Below, piece by piece: positions 41,860-54,795 of a stretch of 64,000 nt of DNA. Each line of letters opens with the position of its first letter. The first letter of the stretch is position 1. The notes beneath the pieces are model-generated. The model did no database searches. It was given only the letters and a program-made list of their open reading frames with translations, and was not told where the DNA came from. The position numbers were made by a program, and so were the translations under genes. Origin of the DNA: Malacoraja senta (taxonomy: Eukaryota); contig CM075991.1 of NCBI GenBank assembly GCA_038087875.1, positions 6,758,001 to 6,822,000 on the forward strand, written 5' to 3'.

Positions 41860-42660
41860 GCGTCATAAGAGTCATACAGCAGGCATCGGGCCCTTCAGCC
41901 CAATTCATCGAAGCCGACCAATGTGTCCCATCTGAACTAATCCCATTTGCCTGTGTTTGGCCGATAAACCTCAAAACCTTTCCTATCCACGTATCTGTCC
42001 ATCTGTCTTTTAAATGCTGTTATAGTACCTGGCGCAACTACCTCTTCTGGCAGCTTGTTCCATATACCCAGCACCCTCTGAGTGAAAAAGGTGCCCCTCA
42101 GTTTCTTATTATCTTTATGCTCTCACCTTAAACATTATGTCCTCTGGTTCTTGATTCCCCTACCCTGGCTAAAAGACTGCACTCGCTCTATCTTTTCCTC
42201 TAAAGATTTTATGCACCTCAAAAGATCATCTCTCAGCCTACTGTGTTCTAAGGAATAAAGTCCTACTCAACCAACCTTGCCCCGTAGCCCAGGCCCACAA
42301 GTCCTGACAACATTCTCGTAAATCTTCTCTGCACCCTTTATAGCTTAATGACATCCTTCCCATAAGCAGGGTGACCAAAACTGAATGCAATACTCCAAAT
42401 GCACCTTTACAAACATATTGTGCAACTATAACATAACATCTGAACTCCTTTACTAGTATGCTGACTGATGAAGGCTAATGTACCAAATGCCTTCTTTATC
42501 ACCCAATCTACCTGTGATGACACTTTCAGGAAACTGCACCTGTACTAATGGATCCCTATGCTCTGCATCACTCCATAGGTCCCTACCATTCACTGTGAAG
42601 GTCCTGCCCTGGTTTGACTTCCTGAAATGCAACACCTCGCACGTATGTGCATTAAATTAT
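41860..42660 (-). mobile_element. Decayed CR1 3' fragment
   Basis: Reverse complement of CR1 ORF2 C-terminus and tail (LHFxKSNQGRTFTVNGR...). Confidence 0.8.
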
Positions 42661-43732
42661 AGGTAATTTCTATTTTCTGTGCTGAATCAAATGTTCTTCC
42701 TGTATCAGTATATGAGAACTAAATAGTTGAACTTCCAGTAAGGAATACGCCTGATCAAAGCATCAGGCTACCATTTTCTACATTATTTAATGGCTATAAA
42801 CCAGTCTCCAATGGGATTTAATGTCTATCCTCGGCCCAGATATATTTTATCATACCCCACCAAAATATGTTTAGCAAACTCAATTTTTCGGAATTAACCA
42901 TTCTTGATGCACATTACAAAAATAGTTCCTTAGATCTGAGAATCATAATTGAAATACAAAGTAACATTTATTTAGTTAGTTTTTTTTTAAATTTGAAAGC
43001 AATGCATAAATACTCCAGGAAATCCTGTGTTATTAATGAAGCCACATTTTACATGAGGTTGCATGCTTTGTTTAAATGGCATGTTAAAGGTCTATTAGGT
43101 TAAGGTGAAGTGCATCTTTGGAGGAGGTATAGGTGACGTTTCGGACCGGAACACTTCTTCAGATTCGAAGAAGGGTTCCGACCCGAAACGTCACCAATTC
43201 CTTTTCTCCAGAGATGCTGCCTGACCAGCTGAGTTACTCCAGCATTTTGTGTCTATCTTCAGTATAAACCAGCATCTGCAGTTCCTTCTTACACAAGTTG
43301 AAGTGCACAGTGGTTCAAGCAAATAGTTCCTTTGTGATCAAGGCCAAAAAGCAATAACTGATTAAATCAACACTTGCGTTCTGTGAGATATTGCTATGTC
43401 AGTAACAAATCTTTTGTCTACATAACACGAGATATATTTGATGCTAATCCTGTTGATGCCCATTTTCCCATCCACACTGATTAAATAATTTCAGATGAAT
43501 TCAATTAAAAAGGACATTCAATATTCTTACCGACCTTAAAAAAGAAAACAATGACTCGGAAAGATTGCTTTTAAGGGCTTATTATTCTGTCACATGGTCA
43601 CTGTCCAGAGATTCAGAAAAGAAAAGTACATAAGCCATCAGAACAAGTACTGAGTACATTTCTGGCATCTTTACCATTCAACTACATTCATTCAATGGTG
43701 CCTTTACTATTTACCATTCAAGAGAGAGTTAA

Positions 43733-43988
43733 AGAGCCTGTGCCACTTTCACGACTTAATTCTTTCATCCCAACCATTTTTTTACTCGTGGACATTTTTT
43801 ATCGGGCTGGAAAAAACGTCCCGACTTACCTGATGCCACGAGTAACTACGGCTGGCATAACGAGCCGCTACGATATATCTACGAACTCCTACGACCTCCT
43901 CTGGACTTGTTACGAACATTCTGCAAGTTTGAATCAGGGGAAAACTCGGGAGAATCGTGAATTACCTCGTGAAAGTGGCACAGGCCCT
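43733..43988. mobile_element. Harbinger-like MITE, same family as 22940-23109, opposite orientation
   Basis: TIR AG.GCCTGTGCCACTTTCACGA; interior matches the reverse complement of the 22.9-kb copy. Confidence 0.75.
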
Positions 43989-45187
43989 TTAGATATAGCT
44001 CTTAGGACTAACGGAATCAAGGGATATGAGGCGATAACAGGAACAGGGTACTGATTCCGAATGGCCTACACCTGCACCTATTTTCTATGTTTCAATGTAA
44101 CTGAAGAAACAAACAATTCAGACATAATTTTGACAAAATGGCAGCTTTGATTCTGTCTACTGTGATAAACAGTAGCCAGACCTTGTAACGAGACTGCAGC
44201 CGTCTAATCTGCAAAGTCTCTGTATCTCAGTCATTTTTCTTTATCTTATCTCAGTAGCTTCACGAAGGGCTCCACAATATATCAGTCTTTAAGTGTAATA
44301 TCTCCCGAGTACTGGGATGTTTTAACTGGTAAATTCATCATCTTCCAGGAAAGGTTCTGGACCTGCAGAAGCTTTGTCATGTAATTTTTGCATGCCATGC
44401 CATTTGACATAATCCACAAATAACAGGAGGAATGCTCGTACTATTGAGTGTCGTGTCTGTGCTGCCCTTTCCAGCAATACCTCATCGAGACTGCCGGTTT
44501 TACTTTGGAACAAATTTAGTTGTGGAGTATGTTCTCATCATGAGGTATTCTAAGTGTGCACAAGTGACTTGTGGCAGGAGAGTAATGCCATCTACCTCTT
44601 GGCGTAACCTTTCAGTTTAGATTACAATGTCATATGAAGTCTTACCTATATAGTTTTCATCAGAGGATAATTGCTGTTGAGCAGTTCTGCCAGTAGGGGG
44701 CTCTCATTACAAACATTTTGCTCAAGTACTTTCTAAATAAATCTAACCCCCAGAATGTGTCAAAATCTGTTGCACGAACGCACATTGTTCAGCCCAACTG
44801 ATCTGTATGCGTTTACATTCCACATGAATCTTCTTCTGTCTTTTATCGCATCCAATCAATGTTGCTTCCCTTATGTTCTTAATTTAGGTTTCCTTCAACA
44901 CGGGAATAAATTCCACCTTAGGGTTAGATTTATTTTGACAAGTGCAGTGAAAAGCTTTGTTTTGCATGTTATCCATTCAAAGCAAATAATATTACACATA
45001 GATACAATGAAGCCGAACGTCAATACAATAGGTAGAGTGAAGTGTGTACAATTTAGCCCACCAATTCCCCCATTAACTAGTGCGCTCTCTCAATTCCCCC
45101 ATTTAATGGTGAACTCCACCAATAACCTTGTTTACGGAAGTGCTCCTCCAATTCCCTCATGTGATTGAATATGTGATTGAACATCAG

Positions 45188-45620
45188 ACTCAGAATCAGA
45201 ATCAGAATCACACTTTATTCGCCAAGTATGTTTTGCAACATACGAGGAATTTTATTGGCCAAGTCAATCATACAATTAAAAGTAACAGATCACTCAAAAA
45301 CACATTTTAACATGAACATCCACCACAGTGACTCCTACACATTCCTCACTGTGATGGAAGGCGAAATAAAGTTCAAGTCCTTCCCTTAGTTCTTCCTCGG
45401 TCGTGGGCCTCGAGCCCCCGTTGACGGGACGATCTTGAAGAGCTGGCGGCGTTCAGGCCCTTCGCGTCGAGGCGTTCAGCTCCCGCGTCGTGGGGATGTC
45501 AGCTCCCCCGCACCGGGCGATCGAACCTCGTGTCGGGGCTGGTCGAGCCTTCCGCGACATTGGAGCTCTCGACTAGCCTCACCCGAGACTGCGAGCCCTT
45601 GGTGTTGGTGATTCCGCGGT
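45188..45620 (-). mobile_element. Retroposon 3' end with AATAAA and (GATTCT)n tail; CpG-rich interior
   Basis: TCAGAA repeats and TTTATT on the + strand; locally undecayed CpGs at 45395-45620 suggest a recent insertion. Family not identified. Confidence 0.5.
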
Positions 45621-47159
45621 GGGAGCTATTTGAAACTTTACAACCACAGTAAGGCTAATTTCATTCACAATGTTTAGATAAAATGATAATGAGGCTTGGA
45701 GCTACATATCCATAATTGTAGTCACACAATGATAATAAGATTATCAAAGTGTACATTGATGACTCCCAACATATGAGCTCTTCCATTGTCTGTAAATCAT
45801 TAGACTGTCTATCTCACATCCAGCACTAACTGAACAGAATTTTTCTACATCTAAATATTAGGAAAATAGAAATCATTATCCTTTGTCGCTATGTTGTTCC
45901 ACAGCTATGGACTCCAATACTGAATCAGATGATTCTCAAACTTAGTGTCATATTTGATCCAGAGCTCATGTTTGGAACATACAGCAGTACCATCGCTAAG
46001 CCTGTCTATTTCCAATTGCATTACATCACCCAGTCTGACCTTTTTCCACTCTTGAAGATGGTTAGATATCAATTTCTAACCATCTTCTGCAAACCTAGTT
46101 TGTCAGCTGTATCCTTCTGGATTCAACATAACCACTTAATAATGGCACTGCCAATTCTGTCTCAGTAACTTTTAAATCCTTGTCCCGACTTTAAGTCCCA
46201 TCAATCACGGTGTTGTCCAAGTCTATTCATAGATGCTAAGCATGGTGGATTCTGGATGGTGCTGTTTCATTTCTGGTAGACAATCTGAAGAAAACCCACA
46301 TTGTCACAGGGAGAATGTACAAATTCTGTACAGACAGCACCCATAGTCAGGATCAAACCTGGGTCTCTGGCACTGTAAGGCAACAACTCTGCAACTGTGC
46401 CAAGTAGTGGAGCGGCACAGTGGTGCAGCAGTAGAGTTGATGCCTTATAGCACCAGAGACCCAGTTTTAATCATGACTGCAGATGATGTCTGAATAGAGT
46501 TTATATGATCTCCCTGTGACTGCTTGGTTTTTCTCCAGGTACTCCAGTTTCTATCCACACTCCAAAGACGTACAGGTTTGTAGTTTAATTGGCTTGTGTA
46601 AATAGTGTGTAGGATAGTGCTAATATACGGGGTGATCCCGGACTCGGTGGGCCGAAGGGTCCATTTCCATGCTGTATCTCTAAAGTCTCTAAAGAATGTC
46701 CCTTCAGTACCTCTCTAATAGATATTTGGATTGATAATGTGAGGGAAAGAAGTAGGTGGTAACCAGTGAATAGGCGATTTTTGTGACTCCTTTGAAAAAG
46801 GTCCTCTACCTAGCAAACCTTGAAGCCTTGAAGGAGCTCAGAAAAGCGTGTTTTTTCTAAGAGTAAATAGTGCAAAGAGTCTCTTGACTCTGGAATAAGG
46901 AGGGGTGGGGGGGAGTTGAACAATTTCCCAACTATCTTTAAGAAAGAACTGCAGATGCTGGAAAAATCGAAGGTGGACAAAAATGCTGGAGTGAGGCAGC
47001 ATCTGTGGATCGAAGGAATAGGTGCCGTTTCGGGTCGAGACCCTTCTACATCACCTACATCACTTTCTACATCACCTATTCCTTTGTTCCATAGATGCTG
47101 CCTCACCCACTGAGTTTCTCCAGCATTTTTGTCTTCCTCCCATCTATCTTCACATTGAT

Positions 47160-47365
47160 TCCCCAACAGCCGGAAGTTTGTTGGAAACAAGGTGCAGCAC
47201 GGCAGCAAGAAAGATTGAGAAAGACTGTTGGGTGTGATGACATAGCCCTGTTTGATACCACACTGGGATAAAATCATGCCATACTCACCAAGATATACGC
47301 CGGAGATGATTTTTTGTTGGCAGCCAAATTAGAGAAGAATGCCTCAATTAAAAGCCAACGTCAGG
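47160..47365 (-). mobile_element. Decayed RTE-clade LINE RT fragment
   Basis: GIKQGYVITP / SIFLAAVL remnants resembling the RTE GVKQGCVIAPTLFSIFLAAML motif. Confidence 0.55.
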
Positions 47366-49024
47366 AGTCCATGTGTAACTAGAGTTGCTGCCTTCCAGCA
47401 CCAGAGACCCGACTTCGATCCTGACTATAGGTGCTGTCTGTACAGAGTTTGTACGCATGAGTTTTTCCCAGATGCTCCGGCTTCCTCCCACACTCCAAGA
47501 TGCACAGGTTTGTAGATTAATTGGCTTCTGTAAATTGCCCCTGTGTGTAGTGTGATCGCTGGGTTGGCATGGACTCGGTGGGCCGAAGGGCCTGTGTCCA
47601 CGTTGTATCTGTAAAGTCTCTAATATCTCTAAAGTCTAAGGAGAGTCCCTTCAGTACTTCTTCAATACTCCGCTTGGAGACATTCTGATTGATAATGTGA
47701 GGGAAGGAAGTAGGTGATAACCAGTTCATAGGAGATTTTTCTCTCCCATATTTCACCCAAAATCATGAGACTTTGTGAGATCTCGAGTCATAGTTTAAGG
47801 CACCCAGAGGTTGTGCATCCTTCAATTGTGCACCACTGCACCATAAACCTCTGGTGTGTCAGTGGTAGTGGGATAGGAAACATATGCTATGAGATCTGGG
47901 ATGTTTGCAGACACAGATGGTGTGGCACCGTGGTACATCTGATGGAGATGCTGCCTCACTGCGCCAGAAATCCATGTTCGAGCCCAAACTCTGGTTTTGT
48001 CTGTGTGGAGTTTGCACGTTTTCCCTGTGACGGCTGTGTTTTCTCCGGTTCCTCCCACATCCTAAAGATCTGCAGGTTTGTAGATTGATTGGCTGCTGTA
48101 TGTTGCCGCAAACGTGTAGGGAGTGGATGAGAAAGTGGGATAACATAGAAATTGTACGAATAAGTGATTGTGTAGGAAGGAACTGCAGATGCTGGTTTAA
48201 ACCGAAGATAGACACAAAAAGTCTGAAGAACCGTCACGACCAGAAACATCACCCATTCCTTCTCTCCAGAGATGCCGCCTGTCCCGTTGAGTTACTCCAG
48301 CTTTTTGTGAATGGGTGATTGATGGCCAGCTTGAATTCAGTGGAACAGTGGGTCTGTTTCCAAGCTGTATCTCAAAACTAAGATGATTCAGCTAGTTAGA
48401 CTTTGTTGCCTTTTGCTTGTCAATGTATCAGAGTGTCTCCTTTTGACGAAATCACCACAATCCAAGTGATAAAGATTGCAGGGTTGTCTGGGATGGCTCC
48501 TTAATATATCTAGATCTGATAACTGGAATAATCCAATCCAAAGGAAGAAAAGGTAAACCTTATAGATATTTATGATTTTTTAGGACACCAAATAACTCAA
48601 CACAAAGTATATCCAATTTGTGAGAAATGTGTGGACTCACAAGGCCTGAACTAATGATAGTATTTTAGGCTAACTTTACATTTATTCTTGAGTTATAAAT
48701 GTCAAGAGTACCATACATAAACATGTGCCCCTTACACTCCTATTCCACGGAATTCTTCAGATTATTGAGTGTCACATTCCAATTGTGATTTCTTCAAAAA
48801 GCCACAAACATAGAGAAGTGGCGATGACTTGGATTTAGCAGAGATTGAATGTGCTTGAAAACTACCTTGCAATCATGCTGCAAACATGTAAGTCCAACAA
48901 CTTCAGGATGCAGCAGTAACCCACAAAGGGGCTGCACCTTTAAAAACAACCTTGTAAACATTTGCATGCATGCAGCACAAAGCTTCAGACAGCTACATGC
49001 AGTTTACCAGGATATGAGGAAATA

Positions 49025-50691
49025 CAGATAACCCTCGTTATAATGGACCATGGGGGTGGGGTGTCAGTTATTGCAAATTGTCGGCTATAACCATGCAAAA
49101 CACCCAAAAAATATACACTAAACAAGATACACGATAATCAGGATAGGAAAACACAGACTGAGACAAGGTCACTTAACGGTTACTTTGGGAAACAACAAAC
49201 TCAGTCCTTTGTAGATTGGTAGACACAAAAATCGAAGGTAGACACAAAATGCTGGAGTAACTTAACGGGTGAGGCAGCATCTGTGGAGAGAAGGAATGGG
49301 CGACGTTTTGGGTCAAGACCCTTCTTCAGACTGATGTCAGGGGAGGGGGCGGGACAAAGATAGAATGTTGGCAGAGACAATAAGACTAGTGGGAGAACCC
49401 AGCGGTATGAACATTGACTTCTCAAACTTCAAATAGCCCTTGCTTTCTCTCTCCATCCCCTTCCCCTTCCCAGTTCTCCCACTAGTCTTAGCTCCACAGC
49501 CCCTGCTCCACCCCTCTCTCTCCCCGGGGAGACGCGGTGAACAATACAGGGAGGACCGGGCCGGGGTTTGGAGCAATGTTTATAAACCTCGGCCTCAGCT
49601 CACACGCGTTCGCCCGGACCCCGGCATCCCCTCCTGCCGCCGGCCCTCTCCCTCCCTTCTCCTCTTCCCTTCCTCCCTTCCCTTCATCCCTCCCTCCCTT
49701 CTCNNNNNNNNNNNNNNNNNNNNNNNNNNNNNNNNNNNNNNNNNNNNNNNNNNNNNNNNNNNNNNNNNNNNNNNNNNNNNNNNNNNNNNNNNNNNNNNNN
49801 NNNNNNNNNNNNNNNNNNNNNNNNNNNNNNNNNNNNNNNNNNNNNNNNNNNNNNNNNNNNNNNNNNNNNNNNNNNNNNNNNNNNNNNNNNNNNNNNNNNN
49901 NNNNNNNNNNNNNNNNNNNNNNNNNNNNNNNNNNNNNATAACGCACAGACAATTAACATACACACACATCACGGACAGACAACACACACACATACACGCA
50001 CGCACACACGCACACCTAAGTTAGGATGGGGTAGAAGCCCAAAATTTAATGCCTGGACTGGTTTTTCACCAATAGTTATTGGTTTGCCAGGATCTAGTTA
50101 ATTATTTGTTTTTCTTTCATTTCAGTCACTAAAACAAGTGGAATTGTAACTATGTACTTTTCAGAGGTGATCTACACATTTTGTTTGTTATTTGTAGGCT
50201 TACATGTATGCAATTTTATATTAAGATGTAGCTTAGACCTGTTTGGTCCATTAACTCGCAGGCACTTTTTAAGCGCACATTTTGATTACTTTCCATTCTA
50301 CCATAAAGATAATAGACTTTATTTGTATTTCTATGATTCTGCAAACTTTGGCTGGGAACCTGGGGCTCACCAAAATTGTTCCCAATTGGGCCCCGCACCT
50401 CCTAAGGCCGGCAACGCTCCACCCCTCTCTCTCCCCGGGGAGACGCGGTGATCAATACAGGGGGGGCCGGGCCACTGATACTAGCCAGTGCCTCGCCACC
50501 CATTGACCTCACCACACGTCACTGCTCTCCAGAGATGCTGCATCACCCGCTGAATTACACCAACATTTTGTGTCCACCTTGCAAACTCAGTCCTTTGTTC
50601 CCGATAGGAATGGATGCCTTAGCTACAACTGATTTTGTCGGCTATAACTGAAATCCATTATAAACAGGTCCACAATAACAAGGGTGGACTG
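49025..50691. mobile_element. pogo/Tigger-like MITE interrupted by a nested composite insertion
   Basis: TA-CAGATAACCCTCGTTATAATGGACC ... GGTCCACAATAACAAGGGTGGACTG-TA imperfect TIRs with TA flanks. Confidence 0.55.
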
Positions 50692-52299
50692 TAATGCATT
50701 TTGTGTACAATAATAGTGGTGATCTTTTGATCTTTTCATTTCTTTTTTGATTAATAAGTGTACTTCTTTAATTTTACATTAAGTTAAAGTACTGTACCAT
50801 GTAAACAAGTGAGTCCCAGTCCATGCCTGCAACAGTTAAAAAAAAAAACATGCTCTGCATCTCACTTACCATGCTACACTGTAGCACTAAGTCATAGAGT
50901 CATACAGTCAGACAGCACAAAACCAAGCCCTTCGGCCTAACATGCCCATGCCAACAAAAATGTCCATTAAAGTAGTCCTACTAGCTGGAAGTACATACTC
51001 ATTTTTTAAAGTAATTTTATTTCTGACAATTTCAATTGGGCTTATCTAAATGATATATACTTTAATTTTTTTCAAAACTGTGATTCCATTATTTGTTTTT
51101 TTTTAAATCACCTGTTAATTTCTGATTTACATCATTTTACCCTGATCCCGGTTGCTATCGTTAAACTGAACCATTGAATTGAGCTATAAAACTTAGCATT
51201 ATTTTAATACTCTGCAACCAAACAAATATATCATCAGAGTGACAGACGAACATGACTTACGTTGGACATCTGCAGGAAAGGTTATCTGCGATGGTTCATG
51301 CGAATAATTTAAAAGTCTGTTTTCCGATCTTTTTTGCCAGTGTTTATTTTGAACTTGAACTGTGAACAGTGATTTGTTATGAAATGCAGTTGAAAAGCAC
51401 TTTGTTTCAAATCTATGTGGAAAAATTAAGATTTCCCTGTGGTACCCATGAAATACGTTTACTATTGGCAATTACTCTGCTTTCCATTGGCAACACTGTT
51501 TTTCAACTGAAGCCAAGATTTGGTTTGTGCATAAAGGATATAATTCACTGTGTGAAGGGCATTATGTCATTCAGCACCTTGACTTAAAGCGTCACAATGG
51601 CACATGTAAGAGCCTGAAGCATACAATATAACTCAGCCTTAATAGCTGGAGAACAAAACCAAGCTTCTGTTTTACTCCTTGCTTTTCAAGGAACTTACTG
51701 TTTGCTGTCTGTCTATCTTAAGAAAAAATGTGGGCATTTACTTTCAAAGCAATAATCTTTTAAAATGTTATTTGGCAGAGGAGAGCTTAACCTTGAGCTC
51801 TGTTTCAAGTAAAAGTACAAAAATGGGGCTAGAGGACACAAGCTAGTAAAAGGCAAATTGAGGACTCTTTAAGATACTTTTCTCAATGAGTGACTAATAC
51901 TTAGAATTATGTTTAGGGTTGGGTAATTGAGACAAGTAGTCTGGAGTCATTCAGAAAAAGTTCACAATGGCAAGAGACTGTAGGTGTTTACAAATGGTTG
52001 AATCTTTTATACTTGTTTGCCCATACCCCATCCCCTTTCTGTTCCCATTTATCTCTGCTCACAGAGTGTGATATTCCTCAATTACACATGCATTCCTATT
52101 TTTAAAATGTGGCAAAAATAATGTGGGCATTCCTTTACTTTTTTTGGTGAAAATGTATGTGTAAAATGGGATGTGGCAATAAGAAGCTTGACACCATCCA
52201 GTATGTAAAGGTAAAGTGGAACATGGTTATTCCAGAAATCTGATAACTGAATCAGTGCCAAAGATTCAAATCCCACAATAGTGACTGGGGAATATAACT

Positions 52300-52765
52300 T
52301 AGAGTCATACAGCACGGAAACAAGCCCTTCAAGGCCAACTTGCCCATGCTGACTAAAGATGCCTCATCTACACTAGTCTGACCTATCCATGTTTGGCCCA
52401 TATCTCTAATTCTTTCCTATTCATGTACCTACGTTCCTGTCCATATGTACCTGGCTCAACTACCTCCTCTGGCAGATCGTTCGATATACCCACCACCTTC
52501 TCAGTGGAAAAAAAAGCCCCCTCAGGTTCCCATTAAATCTTTCCCCTCTCACCTTAAAGCTATGTCCTCTGTTTCCTGTTTCCTGTTTCCCCTACTCTGG
52601 GCAAAAGCCTTTGTGCCTTCACCCTATCTATTCCTGTCATGATCCTATGCACCTCTATAAAATCACCACTTAGTTTCCTACACTCCCAAGGAATAAAGTC
52701 CTAGCCTGCTCTACATTTCCCCATCGCCCAGGCCCTCAAGTCCTGGCAGATTCCTTGTGAATCTA
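52300..52765 (-). mobile_element. Decayed CR1 3' fragment
   Basis: Similar to the other CR1 3' ends in this window. Confidence 0.75.
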
Positions 52766-53768
52766 TAAATTGTAAATTGTTAAATAATACAGAAAATAAA
52801 CAGTAGCATTGACCAAGAGGCTACTAGATTGATATAAAACTGTGTCTATTTCACTTAAGTCCTTTAATGAATTATGTTTGCTGTACCTACCTATTCTGGT
52901 CCACACATGATTCAAGATAGCAATTTCTTGCCACACAACTGCTCTCTAAGTGACCAAAGAAACCAGACAGCAATGGTAATGAGTAGGAAGGAACTGCAGA
53001 TGCTGGTTTAAACCAAAGATGCTGGAGTAACTCAGCGGGACAGGCAGCATCTCTGGAGAGAAGAAATGGGTGATATTTTGGGTCGAGACCGATGAGTGTG
53101 AAGAAGGGTCACGACCCGAAATGTCACCCATTCCTTCTCTCCAGAGATGCTGCCCATCCTGCTGAGTTACTCCAACATTTTGTGTCCAGCAATGGTAATG
53201 ATATTGAATGTCAAGGGTCAGTAGAAGAAGTCTCTTTTTGGAAACAGTCATTATCCAATGAGAATGTTAAAGAGTTTGTCTCAGACTATGCCTGAATGGA
53301 CATGTCTGAAAGGTCTTACTGCGTCTGCGCATGGATTGAGAAGAATCATATTTTCTGTGCAGTTGCAATAGAATTGAACATTCTGCAATCATTGCCAAAC
53401 CTTCCCACTTCCTGGCTTGTGATGAAAGAATGGTGAATCAGCTGAAGATGATTGGGTCTAAGTTGTATCAACTTGAGAGTTGATACAATTACCTTAAAGT
53501 GGAGAACAATAGGTGGCTTTGCTCGATGCAATATACAGTAATAATGGGAGGTGACTGAATGTGTGGCCAGAAAAACAGGTTCCTAAGGAGATGGAAAATT
53601 ACCACAAGTTTCTACTAAGCCTTGCCCTTGTGCTACTTACTTTATGTCCTTCTGATATTGTAGCCTACAAGAATACGAAATGAATCATGAGTTTAGGTTT
53701 GAGATACAGCGCGGAGTCAGGCCCATCAGCCCATCAACCAGCGATCCCTGCACATTAACACTATCCTC

Positions 53769-53822
53769 GGGGTGGAAGATTGCAACCTTCACATGGTCCA
53801 TCCTGTTTCGACAAATGCAATC
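53769..53822 (+). ncRNA. Minimal HDV/CPEB3-like self-cleaving ribozyme (predicted)
   Basis: GGGGUGG-AA-GAUUGCA-ACC-UUCACAU-GGU-CCAUCCU-GUUUCGA-CAAA-UGCAAUC. P1 fully paired with G1.U wobble; predicted catalytic C at 53812. Confidence 0.8.
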
Positions 53823-53907
53823 AACCCAGCGTGCAAAATCAAATAAGTTTTAAATAGAATAAGTTGTCCTACAACTTTAGGCTGTGCACGCCATACGCAA
53901 GAAGAAG
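53769..53907 (+). mobile_element. ~140-bp non-autonomous retroposon with 5' HDV-like ribozyme, copy 2
   Basis: TSD AACACTAT(C/T)CTC at 53757-53768 and 53908-53919; 3' end GCCATACGC(AAG)3; inserted in a V-SINE. Confidence 0.9.
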
Positions 53908-54010
53908 AACACTATTCTCCACACACACTAGGATCATTTTTTAAAACAATGATACCAAGCCTATTAACCTGTAACTCTGTAGGGCTTTGGCATGTGGGAG
54001 GAAACCAAAG

Positions 54011-54795
54011 ATAAATGTGAGGTTATCCACTTTGGTGGCAAAAACAGGAAGGCAGATTATTATCTGAATGGTGTCAAGTTGGGAAAAGGGGAAGTACAAG
54101 GAGATCTGGGGATCCTTGTTCATCAGTCACTGAAAGTAAGCATCCAGGTACAGCAGGCAGTGAAGAAAGCAAATAGCATGTGGGTCTTGTAACAAGAGGA
54201 GTTGAGTATAGGAGCAAAGAGGTCCTTCTGCAGTTGTACAGAGCCTTGTGTGCAGTTTTGGTCTCCAAATTTGAGGAAGGACATCCTTGCTATTGAGGGA
54301 GTGCAGCTTAGGTTCACGATAGGTTCACTAGGTTAATTCCTGGGATGGCGGGTCTGTCATATGTTGATAGAATGAAGCGGCTGGGCTTGTATACTCTGGA
54401 ATTTAGACGGATGAGAGGTTATCATATTGAAACATATAAGATTATTCAGGGTTTGGACACGCTAGAAGCGATGTTGGGGGAGTCCAGAACCAGGGGCCAC
54501 AGTTTAAGAATAAGGGGGTAAGCCATTTAGAACGGAGACGAGGAAATTTTTTTACACACGGAGGGTGAATCTGTGGAATTCTCTGCCTCAGAAGGCAGTG
54601 GAGGCCAATTCCCTGGATGCTTTCAAGAGAGAGTTAGATAGAGCTCTTAAAGATAGCGGAGTCATGGGGATATGGGGAGAAGGCAGGAACGGGGTACTGA
54701 TTGTGGATGATCAGCCATGATCACAGTGAATGGCGGTGCTGGCTCGAAGGGCCGAATGGCCTACTCCTGCACCTATTGTCTATTGTCTATTGTCC
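54011..54795 (+). mobile_element. CR1 3' fragment (second subfamily), inserted in a V-SINE
   Basis: KCEVIHFGGKNRKADYYLNG...DLGILVHQSLKVS; (CTATTGT)n tail. Confidence 0.85.
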
